A stretch of DNA of 64,000 bases from Paraspadella gotoi (GCA_051294375.1 CM119266.1:683682-747681), one strand, 5' to 3'. Positions 28,119 through 40,560 are shown, counted from the stretch's first letter. Notes: a model not told the origin generated them from the letters alone. Numbers and translations are program-made.

Positions 28119-28980
28119 TCTCTCTCTCTCCCTCTAAAGCTTTAAACAACTTCCTCGACAGGCAATAAAACCAAGAGACCAAATTTATCATCGTCTCTTT
28201 TCCAAGAAAAGAAAAAGAGAAAGAAGAAAAGAAAAGAAAAGAAAAAAATAAGAAAAAAAACCTAACAAAAAACGGAAAGAAATCTAAACAAAATTTTTCT
28301 GTTCAAAATTTTTTCGTGACAATCTTATTAAAAATGAAAAAAAAAAGACATTTTAATTACATAGTATGTAAAATAAAGAAAAGAGAACATTGACCCGACC
28401 CGGAGGATTCAATTGCCTTTTGAGTCCAGTCAAAGGTTAAAAAGCTTGAGAATTTAAAACTTGTTCTCCCGTTATCTTAACGAGATCAAAATTTGGGAGA
28501 AAATGAGCGTGACATGTTTTTCAATGTTGTGTGACAATGTTTAATTTTTCTGCAGCTTGTCATCTCCCTAATTTTCATATTTCTCATTTGTTCTTCTCAA
28601 TTAGGTCAAGTAGCGCGAACTCAACCTTAAAGTTTTTACAATCAATTTAACTGAGAATCAATTTGAGTGTAAAGAAAAAGAATGTTTTATGTAACAATAA
28701 TACTTCTTTTGTATTGATAATTGAAGAAGTTTTTGTAACCGCGTTCCACATTTTATTTTCTTACTTGTTTTCTTTTTATTCTGAATAATGAACAAAAAGG
28801 GATAAAAAGATTACAAATCTTAACATAATTTTTTTGTAGAATCGAGAATATTTATACACACACAAAAGAGCGAGTCTTTGTGGAGATAAAAATGCTAGAA
28901 TAAATATGAATATAAACAATTCTCTAGGTAGAACGGCGAAATGTATAGCGACAGGAACATCCGAGTACCGAGAAGAAGAA

Positions 28981-29017
<37 letters not shown>

Positions 29018-29112
29018 CTTCGGTCGCGGTTATACAAGACCTTCTAGGGACCCATTAGGCAAAAAAAGTGAACCTTAAAAAATTATACTAAATATTAGTA
29101 TTACGCGAAAAA

Positions 29113-29550
29113 TCAGGCGATGATTTCGTTTGTCAGGCGATGATTTCTTTGTCAGGCGTGATTTCGTTTGTCGGGCGGATGATTTCGTTTGTCAGGCGAT
29201 GATATTCGTTTTGTCAGGCGTATGATTTCGTTTGTCAGCGATGATTTCGTTCTGTCAGGCGATGATTTCGTTTGTCAGGCGATGATTTCGTTCGTCAGGC
29301 GCGATGATTTCGTTTGTCAGGCGATGATTTCGTTTGTCAGGCGATGAATTTCGTTCTGTCAGGCGATGATTTCGTTTGTCAGGCGATGATTTTCGTTTGT
29401 CAGGCGATGATTTCGTTTGTCAGGCGCAATGATTTCGTTTGTCAGGGCGATGATTTCGTTCGTCAGGGCGATGATTTCGTTTCGTCAGGCGATGATTTGT
29501 TCGGTCAGGCGATGATTTCGTTCGTCAGGCGATGATTTCGTTCGTCAGGC
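29113..29550. repeat. 20-bp minisatellite (tcaggcgatgatttcgtttg), ~21 copies
   Basis: Head-to-tail copies; cleaner partner of 9483-9836. Confidence 0.95.
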
Positions 29551-29904
29551 TCTGAAATTCTCGCCCGATGGTTACTAATTATTTTTATTCAACAATAATA
29601 TATTTGTACCTTTGTATACTTGACATACTTAATACTGAATTGACGCATACAAAAAATAAGTTTGAGCAAACAATTAGTTAATTAATTAATAACAATAATT
29701 AATTAGTTGATTAATTATTTTTTTATAATTAATCGTCTTAGGCGACTTCATCAGATTAAGTTTTTTCCAACGTCGTCTTTGTCTTCGTCGTCGTTTTCGT
29801 TAATGTAATAATTCAATAATTAATAAAACAATCAGTTAATAATTAATTAAATAGTTAATTTATTAAAACATGATCTAAGTAACTTTTGGACAATATATAG
29901 GGGT

Positions 29905-29969
29905 GGGACCGACGGACCGACAAAGTGAATTATAGAGCCGGAATCTGCTATAAGCAGATCCGGCTAAAA
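29905..29969 (-). mobile_element. Helentron/DINE-like (HINE) terminus
   Basis: The minus strand reads ttttagccggatctgcttatagcagattccggctctataattcactttgtcggtccgtcggtccc: T-tract, GC hairpin, then GTCG/GTCC repeats. The same layout occurs at 34662-34816. Confidence 0.5.
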
Positions 29970-30417
29970 CATTCAAGAAAGTTTATGAGACCATCCAATC
30001 ATCGGGAGCCAATATTCAAAAGCGACACGAAAATATTCTTATCTCAAGTACAAATCCACAGATCAAATCGTGAAAAAATCTTCACAATTTCTAAACGGAT
30101 CAATGCGATTCGTTTGAAGCGGCCCTGTCGAAGCATTACTTAAATTTAATAATGAGAAAAAGTTTTATAATGTTCGTTTTTCCGATAGAAGATTTTTTTC
30201 AATATCATTTTGATAATATTAAAAGTTTATATTTGATTCTAAAACTTATTTGATTTGTTGTTGACCTTAACCTATGTCTATTTCTTGTAACACCAACTGA
30301 CTCGCTAATTATGAAAAATAAATCAAATTCTTTTAAATAAAAAAAGTTTTGTTTTTTGTAATATTTTCTATTTTCTAACGACACCACGCTATTTTCCTTT
30401 GAAGTCGACTTTGAACG

Positions 30418-30528
30418 ATGCTTCGCTCGATCCCCCAAATCACACTGCGAACCAACGTCGGAGTCGACGATCCGGAAAAGTAAGTCCATCTCTTACTAGA
30501 CCATATTATTTTGTAATCTTTAATTAAT

Positions 30529-30616
<88 letters not shown>

Positions 30617-32733
30617 CCCCTTCCCGTCCGCAGAATAAATTCCTCCCGCAGGAATTCCCAGATTTTCAAAGAGGAATGGAGAGAATCGCAAAAGGTTTAT
30701 CAAATGTGGAATGGGGTGGACTATGAGAACGACATGGTCTCAGCCGGTTACAAGGTGACTTCAGTCGAGCTTTCGGCAAAACATACTATCATTGTGAAAG
30801 GAATTTCAAATTTACGAAATACATCCGAAGATTAATATTTATTATGTTTAATTTAAAAAATTTACTGCACTTTACGCAATTACTAAAATAAATAAATTAA
30901 AATGTATTGATAACGAATTCCTTGCCCATTGACCAGGGGGCGCTCTGGACGTCCGAGTACGTGAGTTCGCTCAACTTGGACAAGTCCGCCCGAATCCTGG
31001 ACATATGCTGCGGCACTGGGCTCGTGGGTGCGTTGCTCAAGCGCAACGGGTTCGTCAATGTGGATGGACTCGATTCCTCTGCGGTAAGACAAAGAGGAAG
31101 TTGCTGCAACGATTGAAGTCTCTCTGGTTATATGTTTAGTATCTTAGTATGTATTAAATTAGTAATAAGTTTCTTTTTATGTAAAATTATGAATTCGTTT
31201 AATTCGCCGTCTACCAGATTAATATTTCTCGTATTTTTCGTTGGCATCAGGAAATGTTAGAGCACGCGAAAGCAAAGGAAATCTACAAGAATTACTACTT
31301 GTGCCAGTTCGGTAGCAATCCGCCCAGTCCCATTGCGGCCGGTAATGCAACTTGAGATTAACGCGTAAACCAAATATTCAAACATTTTGTCCTTTCGTTA
31401 AGGTCAGTACGACGTGGTCACCGTGTCGGGCAGTTTCGCCGACGGCCATCTTGGATTGGACGCCTTTGACGAGATGTTGCGACTCTTAAAGGTCGGAGGT
31501 TACGTCGTCAACGCCATGCGGGAAAACCTGCGCAGGAAGTGCCCCGCATTTTTAGGTTAATTGTTGTTAAGTGTGACGTAAATATAAAAATTATTCATTC
31601 ATTTAATAAATAAGCAATCTTGCCCTGACTTTGAACAGGCTTTGGTGGTTTAAGGCCTCCATCACTCTTACAGGATAATGACATAGCAGGTCCCTGCAAG
31701 CTTTCAATCAAACAACCATGATCTTAGTTCATTAAGTTTTTAGTTTAATTTTCAACAAATTTTGATGCAATTTTGATACTATTTTTATGCAAATTTTAGC
31801 TAAAATCTGATTCTAATTTAATCTCCCCACTTTACTCTCTCTCCATCTCTCAGGCAAATTTGACCCGTACTGTCGCGCCCTTGTGAAGGCGAAGAAATGG
31901 CGTTTGGTGTACGAACACGTCAATCCCGATCACTTCATGAAACATCGCGGACTCGTACAAGTGTATCGCAAAAGCGACGGCGCAGTGTCCGTACAAGGTA
32001 AATAGAAAGAAAAAGAAGAAAAAGCTCGGTCCGCTTTGTCTACGGTATTGTTACGGTTTCAAGTTTGAGTTTGAATTTTATTGATTCTTTGTCACAATGA
32101 CGGACATCAAAAGGACATGATGTTAAGATTAATTGAATTTTTGTATGGGAAGAAGAGTTTAGCGTCGATCTTAACGCAAATTAGGCAAAAACTAGGCATA
32201 GTAGGCATAGTAGGCAGGTTATAAACCGTTGTGTTAGCCTCGTTTTCATATCGGAGATTATGTTGCTTGTTCGCTGCTCTGCCTGTGACGTAGCGGAATT
32301 AGAATTTTACATTTAAAAATTTAACGTATTGCACCTATTTTTAAAAAGGCTTTTTTAATTGATATATTATTATTATTAGTATTAGTCGATATATTTTATT
32401 AAAAACGAATTGTAAAGTCAATGACTTCAAAACACTCTTCTTAGGACGGAATAATATTGTCAACTCTTCCTTCCTCCCTGGGTCGGGCGATCGAAACCAC
32501 GCTGCCGAGGCCTGCGTCTCTCGGGACGGATCAAAGGTGGAGAAGTCCGAAGGTCGAGGAGCCACTCCGGTCGAGTGGGTCGCAGATTATCTCCGGCTCT
32601 TAAGAATCGGGGAAGAGAGCAAAATCCTCGTCGTAGGAGAAGGAGCGGGGAGGAATATAGGAGCGAGGCTCAGGGCACAGGGTTTCGAAGGTAGCATTAG
32701 TTATGAAACATTAATAATGATATCATTAAATAT

Positions 32734-32828
<95 letters not shown>

Positions 32829-33447
32829 TTTTCCTAGAAGTAATTATTTCTTCTTTGATTCGGAATTCTCATTAGTTTGTAAATCAATGGTAATTAATCT
32901 CATATGATAGACTTCGATCGATCGAGCGATCAGATTCAAAGCCCGTAATTGGTCGATCGCCGGGGAATCTGAATAGTGACTGGCTGTATTTTTTATTTTT
33001 TACTCAGGCGTAACAGAGTTGACAGATGATTCTCTTCAAAATTGCAATGAAAAGAATGATATAGGAGGTAAGTTAATTACAGAATGAAAGAGTAAATAGA
33101 TTATAGAATGAATTATTTACTAAAAGAGAGATTAAAATGAAAAAAAAAGGAAAGGGAAAGAAAGATATAGAAAAAGAAAGAAAAAAATAATCCATTTTCC
33201 CTCCCCCCCCTCATTTTCCAGCCTTCGACGCCGCCGTCGTCCTCGGCCCCTTGACCAACGCCTCCGTCGCCGGACTCCAAGCTCACTTGCGTCGAGTTCA
33301 CGCTTCCGGTCACGTGATGTTTTTCACGCGCGCGCGTCACGAGGACGACGACAACCGAAACGTCGACGAGGAAGACGAAGTCGTCGGCTGCGGGTTGGAG
33401 CAGGGTCGATGGGAACTCCTCATTGACCACGTCAACGGGAGGCGTGT

Positions 33448-33486
<39 letters not shown>

Positions 33487-33529
33487 TTGCCGAGTTCGAG
33501 TCTTCGACGTCAGCGAAGAGAAGAATTGA
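30418..33529 (+). CDS. METTL27: METTL27/WBSCR27-like class I SAM methyltransferase with a second degenerate methyltransferase domain, 443 aa, 9 exons
   Basis: Exons 30418-30479, 30634-30754, 30937-31083, 31251-31341, 31403-31555, 31854-31997, 32445-32690, 33008-33067 and 33222-33529; all GT-AG, phase-consistent, 1332 nt. Motifs: VYQMWNGVDYENDMVSAGY, RILDICCGTGLVG, VDGLDSSAEML, GQYDVVTVSGSFADGHL, EMLRLLKVGGYVVNAMR. Confidence 0.88.
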
Positions 33530-33788
33530 TTGAGAGATCGAGAACCCAAGTTTTCGTCAAGTTGAAAAAGTATTCAAATGTAAAGGTTGATTTGAATATC
33601 GCAAGCGTTTAATTAAAATTAACAATTGTAATATTTTTGTACACCTCGTAATTATTGTTTTGCACGCAAATTTGATTATTATTCGATTAAAGACGTTTTT
33701 AGATGGCTCTTAACTTTTTTTTTCGTTATTATAAATCTTTGCGTGACTGTTTAATTTGCTTTTCTCCTCTCTCTCACTCTTTCTCTCT

Positions 33789-33875
<87 letters not shown>

Positions 33876-34229
33876 CATTTCTCCGCAGGTTTGATTAATG
33901 GTATGGTCCTTCTTTCGACACGAAAACAACGAAAGAAACTTTAAAATTTGAAAATGTTTTTACCACCCCCTCCCACCACATAAAAACCTTTTTTCGTCTA
34001 ATGAAGCCCGCCCACCCACTTTCTAACCTTGCACTTTCCCACCCCCCGCTGACCGTCACTCACCTTAGTTTTCATTCACTTTCTTAATGGAAAAAGTGAG
34101 GGAGGGAGAGAAGGCATAACCCACGGGTTTGGATTTAAAAGCAGCCAAGCGAGTCCGGTGAGATCCTTAGCTTCGTAAATTACATAGTTGAAACTAATTA
34201 AAAATATAATTGAATGATTGGTTGAATAG

Positions 34230-34348
34230 ATGAATGAATGAATGAATGAATGAATGAATGAATGAATGAATGAATGATTGAATAAATGAATGAATGAATG
34301 AATGAATGAATGAATGAATGAATGAATGAATGAATGAATGAATGAATG
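34230..34348. repeat. (GAAT)n microsatellite
   Basis: Tetranucleotide run. Confidence 0.95.
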
Positions 34349-34661
34349 AGCGAATGAATCTCAAACGAGCAATTTCTCCTTGCAGTTGCGAGAGCCGTAA
34401 TACAATCGTAACAGACGAAGATCGTGAACAGCTTAACTGCAGCCAATTTTTGTGGTCTCTTTTCGGATTTGTTCTGTACTTTTATAATTATTAAAATTTC
34501 TTTGCTCGAGTTCAAAAAGATTTAATTATACTTGAAATTAACGTAACCTATTACGTCGCAACAATCTCCAAATAAAAAATGAGGCAATAGTTTTCCCGCA
34601 AGCAGTAATTAATTACTTACTGGGACCGGAAAAAAAAAATTTAGCCTCAGCCTGCATTTTC

Positions 34662-34816
34662 TTTTTAGTTGCGCCGCGAGTTCTCCCGGAGAAACTCTAT
34701 AAGTCACTTTTCGGTCGGTCCGTNNNNNNNNNNNNNNNNNNNNNNNNNATCCCGGAGAAACTCTATAAGTCACTTTTCGGTCGGTCCGTCGGTATGTCTG
34801 TCCGTCGGTCTGTCCA
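34662..34816 (+). mobile_element. Helentron/DINE-like (HINE) terminus, partly duplicated across a 25-N gap
   Basis: tttttagttgcgccgc, hairpin gagttctcccggagaaactc, then tataagtcacttttcggtcggtccgtc..gtctgtccgtc. About 40 bp is repeated on both sides of the gap. Confidence 0.5.
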
Positions 34817-37211
34817 CTTACCTTAAAATGCATATAATTTGCTATAGTTGGTTGCTCATTTGTTAAGACAGAATAAAACCTCAAATCTAATGGACGGTAG
34901 CGCCGCCATCAGGATTCCTGAAACTATAAGGAATAAAAGACTAAATTTGCATTAACATAAATACACGACAAAGAAAGATTTTTAGTCATGGTCCAATGTC
35001 ATGTCATAACATGTGATCAAAAGGAAATACAACGGAAAATAAAGTCACTACGCGCAACACATATTAGGAATTACCGTTCTGCCGTTTCTTACTTTTTTTT
35101 CACCTGTAATTGTAAAAGAACGCGCGGGAAAGTTTTACAATATTTTTATTATTTATTCTTCGACGTTAAAAGCGATTAAATGTGATGGACGTCTCTGCTG
35201 GTGGCTTGAAGAGGGGGAAGTAAGCGAAGTTTTTTTTACAACAAAGATGGCGTGATCTTGTAACGAGAGAGAAAAATTGGCGCGGAGAAGGAGGAGATTT
35301 CAAAAGAGGAAAAGAGAAAATAAACACGAACGAGAGTATAGTATATGTTTAAATGATTTGTAAAATAAAAAAATTGAAATTGCACAGCGGTTTTATATTA
35401 AATTAATTAATTATTTAATTCGCTTTCTTATGAATTAGTTTATAACTATTAAATAAAAGGGAAAAAATGCGATGGTATGTGTATTGTGAAATAATTAACA
35501 GAGAAACGAATAATTGTTATGTTAATGTGTGTTTATTAGCAACACAATTCGATGTAATAATATAAATATAGTCAAGATAATATCAAGAAATCTGTAAAAG
35601 TGGAATTATTTCAAAAGGTTAAGTTTGAAACGATAACGTGGACTAAAGGAAGTTGAGACGCGAAACGCAAAATATCAGAGATATCAGAACTGAACAGGTA
35701 AAAATGATAGAAGGGAAGAATGTCAGAATCGAAGTCGGGTCTACGATTCTGGCAGAGGGGGGGACCAAACTTTGTCAGTCTTGTTGTCCTCGCCGTCGTC
35801 GTTGGTTTTTATTAACTGCTGTTGTGGCGTTTTAGCTTTGGTCGTTGAGTTTTATGTCCTTGCCGCGGGAATTGTTGACTTTCTTTGTTTACTTCCCTTT
35901 CCTCTCTCTTTTTTTTTCTCTTTTTCCTCTCCTCCTCCTACTTCCTCCCTTCTCCTCTTCTCCTACTCCGCCTCCTATGTATCGACTCAGAAAAAGTCAA
36001 TATTTATCCTTCTGCCTCCGAACTCCGCAATAGAATCGTAGTCGTCGTTCTCCTTCCATGTTTGTCGTCATTGTTATATTTTTTTGTTCTAATACGTGGT
36101 TAATTATTAGTTCTGTTTCTGCATATTTGGTTAATTGCTTTTCTTTTCGTTTGTTTGTTCTGTTCTATAACCTTTGCGCAATACAGTTATTTTCGCAGTT
36201 GCCCTAACTTTAGGTTTCAAGTTATTAAAAGCAAAAGCAAAAAGGCTTCGCTAGTTTTCGTTGTTTAATTCAAAATCTTCGCTTTGTCAAGATATTTTTT
36301 TTAATCAATGTGTTGCATAAAATTAAGTTTAAGGGGATAATCGATTTTTTTTAATCAATGTGTTGCATAAAATTAAGTTTAAGGGGATAATCAATTTTCT
36401 CGCGAAATCGTTGATGATCAAATGAGGAGAGGAATTGAGTCAAGATGGAAAAAGGGCACTGGGCCTGGCGATTCTCATTGATTAAACCTGAAAGCTTATT
36501 TTAAATTAGAAAAAACTATCGTCTTCGATATTAAAAAGAGATTAAACAATAGCCTTTTAGATTTTGGGCAAGACATGTGGAAAAACAGTGTTTTAATTAA
36601 TTTTGGTCCGAATAGTTTATTCCCCTCTTTTCTTGACGAACTCTGTTGCATAATGGAAAAGGAAAAATTTTCATATGTCTAAACTATTAATTTTAAATGA
36701 TATTTACCGTAGTATATAATATATACATTATACATTTTATCCAACCTATAGCGTCGCACGACTAGAGAATTATTAAACGACTAAGTCAGAAAAACACCTG
36801 GAACCGCGACATGGAAAAAAAATATCAGCGGACGCAGATTTACCTTTTCAAGATAACAACAACAACAACAACAACAAAAACAACAACCGAGACGCGAATC
36901 CGCAACTTTTCCTTTCCAGCGCGAATTCCTCCCAAAACATAGAGACTCATGACCATTTTAATCGCGGATGCTTTGATCCCCGCCACTGATCTTGATCGGT
37001 CTCCAACTTGGTTTCGATCCATGAACCGGATTTGGTCGAACCTGAAGTCTCGGTCCGAACGTCGAGGGTCAAAGGAGTCATTAAGGGTCAAAGGAGTCAT
37101 TTTGAGGAAAAAGATACGCAAACAATCCCGCGACTCCTTTCTTTTTTTCCCCCTTCCCCAAATTCCAAGCTAGGTATCTATCCCCATTTGGCCGGGTGAA
37201 CATCGATCTAC

Positions 37212-37885
37212 NNNNNNNNNNNNNNNNNNNNNNNNNNNNNNNNNNNNNNNNNNNNNNNNNNNNNNNNNNNNNNNNNNNNNNNNNNNNNNNNNNNNNNNNN
37301 NNNNNNNNNNNNNNNNNNNNNNNNNNNNNNNNNNNNNNNNNNNNNNNNNNNNNNNNNNNNNNNNNNNNNNNNNNNNNNNNNNNNNNNNNNNNNNNNNNNN
37401 NNNNNNNNNNNNNNNNNNNNNNNNNNNNNNNNNNNNNNNNNNNNNNNNNNNNNNNNNNNNNNNNNNNNNNNNNNNNNNNNNNNNNNNNNNNNNNNNNNNN
37501 NNNNNNNNNNNNNNNNNNNNNNNNNNNNGAAAGGGACTGGGGATTGGGGTAGGGATGTAAAAGAGGGTCATGGAAAGTGCCGCCTTTTTCTTCTTCGTTA
37601 TCATTGATTTCGTCGTCGTTTTCTTGTATCAAATAGAANNNNNNNNNNNNNNNNNNNNNNNNNNNNNNNNNNNNNNNNNNNNNNNNNNNNNNNNNNNNNN
37701 NNNNNNNNNNNNNNNNNNNNNNNNNNNNNNNNNNNNNNNNNNNNNNNNNNNNNNNNNNNNNNNNNNNNNNNNNNNNNNNNNNNNNNNNNNNNNNNNNNNN
37801 NNNNNNNNNNNNNNNNNNNNNNNNNNNNNNNNNNNNNNNNNNNNNNNNNNNNNNNNNNNNNNNNNNNNNNNNNNNNNNNNNNNNN
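37212..37885. other. Two long assembly gaps (37212-37528, 37639-37885)
   Basis: Runs of N. Short ~25-N gaps also occur at 3922, 15394, 24787, 34724, 49608 and 59438. Confidence 0.99.
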
Positions 37886-38575
37886 GAGAGAGAGAGAGAC
37901 AGAGAGATCGCATCTGGCTCCTTGTCGATAATAATTTTTCGCTCGAGAGAGTTCGGCTGAGAGAGGGCGCTTGTTGAGAGAGACGCAGAAAAAAAAATTA
38001 AAATGTTTGTTTATAATAAAACAATATCGAACATTGGTTTACGACCAACGGCGGGTTTACAAAAACTCACTCGAAGAGTTAAATTCTGAAGATAATATCG
38101 ATAGAAAGATGGCCGAATTCAAGAGTATTGATCGGTTTATATTAATAATGTTTAATCCTTTTAATGTTAATTGTAGTATAAGGAATTGGTCACTTTAGTT
38201 TCTCTTTATATATTTTGAGTAAATGAAAATATGTGAAATAAACTAGTAAAACCAAAACACCAAGAATTCGTCCGACTTATTACTTCATATAATTTTTTTG
38301 TAAGTTTTAAAGTTATCGTCAGATTGTAAGAAATGTTCCGAAAAATCTCTCGAAACACAGAATTAAAGTAAAAGAAATCATGATATCGCAAATAATAATG
38401 AGATCGAGTGATAAATTCAAATACATTCACCAATTTTGCCACTATAAAACTTTAAGAAACAAGCATCGTCTCTTTAATAACTGCCACACATGCCCAATTT
38501 TTTTTATAAATGAGATGAGATTTATTCCGTACAACATAGATATTAGTATTAAATTGTTAGGCGTTTCTCCGGCGT

Positions 38576-40412
38576 CTATTTTGCCTTCACCGTAACTTGG
38601 TAAGGTTCGGGAAACCTCACCAACAACTTCCGTCCTTTCATCGCGGGCATTTCCGTTCCTTCCGCCAGAGCAAAGTCCGTCTTTAGCAGCAATCTGGCGA
38701 CAAAGACTTGCAGCACCATCCTCGCTTGGCTATCCCCCATACAGCGTCTCAGCCCAACGCCGAAACCCATCATGTTTTCGTTCCTCTTGTATTTCCCGTC
38801 CTCGTCCAGAAATCGTTCCGGCGAAAACTTCTCTGGATCGTCCCACACTTTGGGATCGTGGTTACAGGACCAAACGTTGATCAAGATGAACTTGTCGTCC
38901 GTAAAAGTGAATCCCGCAAACTCCGCGCTCGGCTTCAACAACCCGTGGGGAACGGAGAGATCCGCGGCCGAGGATCTTCGCAACACTTCGTCCACGAACG
39001 CCCGAAGGTAGTCGATGTCTTTCAAAGTCTCGGGCGAAGGAGAAACGTCGCTTCCAACGACGCGTTGGATTTCCTCCTCGACTTTCTTGGCCACATCCGG
39101 GTATCGCAGCAGCCAAGCGAGGGTCCAGCAGAGCGTCGCGGCTAAGGAATCCACTCCAGCGAAGTAGAGATCGAGGATCGCGTGTTGGACGCTTTTCTCA
39201 GAGAGGAAAGAAGCGTCTGCTCGCCTTCGACGCTCGATTATGACCGCGTCGATCAGACATTCAGATTCCTCTTTCTCATTTAGGATTTTCTCTCGTTTCC
39301 TGAGGACAAGGGAGGCGTGTAAATTAAAACTAGCGGACTTATCTTCATATTCTTTCACCGGGCCCTCGGCATAACTGTTCATTTACACTCATTTTCCCAC
39401 TTTATAAGTCCCATAACTATTGACTTAGTTTTGCAATGGCGTAATATCACAACCCGTTGGTTAAAGTTTTTCCGTCCGTGAGCTCCGTCCGCCGGATCCT
39501 AAGTTCAGGAAAGCTAGTCAACTTACGGAAAAAAACCTGACAGACCCTCTGGGCACACTAAGTGTTCTGTTCTGTTCTGTTCTGTTCTACTAAATATATA
39601 GGTTCTTTAAATAAATTAAAAAAACTTTTATAAATAAGTTTTAATAACGTAATTTTTTTTAATTTTAAGACATGGTATATATTTAATTAAATTTGATTTT
39701 TAATCAATTTGATTTTAATTCAATTGGTCTATTACCTCAAGCTCTCTTCGATGAATTCGACGATAAAATCATAAGACACGATCGCTCTCTTCACCAGATC
39801 CGTCTCGTAGTGACGAATCATTTTCGGAAAGAAGACGTAAAGCGGCGTGACGCCGATGTCGAAGATGTCGCGCGGCAAACTGATCACGTGATCGCGAAAC
39901 GATGATTTTTCGCGAACGTCGCTCGACTCGCCGAAGACCATCCGGCAGATGACGTTGACGGCGACCTGCTCGAGAAGATGCTGCGGATCGAGGGCGCCGT
40001 CCGTTTGGGTCATCCCCTCCACCGCGGCGTCGACGTCGGTGACGACGGCGCGCTCCAGGCGGCGCTGGTCGAAGTAGGCCGTCGAGAGGAAGTGTCGATG
40101 CTGCTTCCACTCGTCGGACCAATCGGGCCAGACGATTCCCTGACCCAGTGGATACTTGATGAGTCCGAATGGGCTGAGGACGTTTCCGCGGCCGGCGAAG
40201 TCCTCTCGGTTCATCATCTCTTGGGCCAACGCATTGTCGTTAACGACAATGTAAAGCCCAAGGTTGGGGAGAAGACGGAATTCGAAGATTGGGCCGAACT
40301 CCCGAGCCCAACGGGCGAAGGTTTGGGAGTAGTTGTCGCGGGAGAGACGAAGGTTGCCCAAGAGCCAATGATCCTTGGGTCCAGGAGGAACCGTGCTTCT
40401 TGGCGATGTCAT
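38576..40412 (-). CDS. Cytochrome P450, CYP2-clan-like, 466 aa, 2 exons
   Basis: Exons 40412-39736 and 39299-38576 (phase-2 GT-AG intron). Motifs: PPGP..LLGNL, WKQHR (WxxxR), DLYFAGVDS (I helix), EVLR (ExxR), FSPERF and the heme loop FGVGLRRCMG. Confidence 0.95.
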
Positions 40413-40560
40413 TTAGTTTTGTTTTTTTTTAACTTTTTCCACTTCAAATTGAACAGAGAAATCAACGCGAAAAATCCTATTGGTATCGTAAACAGTTTAC
40501 TACTGCTTGAAATATTGAAAAACAGGTTTGCCGCGATAAATAGATAGGGAGAGAAAGTGA

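Noticed and set aside
36295-36392. 49-bp direct tandem duplication (also a 19-bp one at ~37066-37101)
   Set aside because: Ordinary local slippage with no further structure.
36840-37632. Short ORFs around the long N gaps
   Set aside because: No recognisable motif, conflicting strands, and interrupted by gaps.
38708-40547. Plus-strand ORFs overlapping the P450
   Set aside because: Antisense shadows of GC-rich coding sequence.
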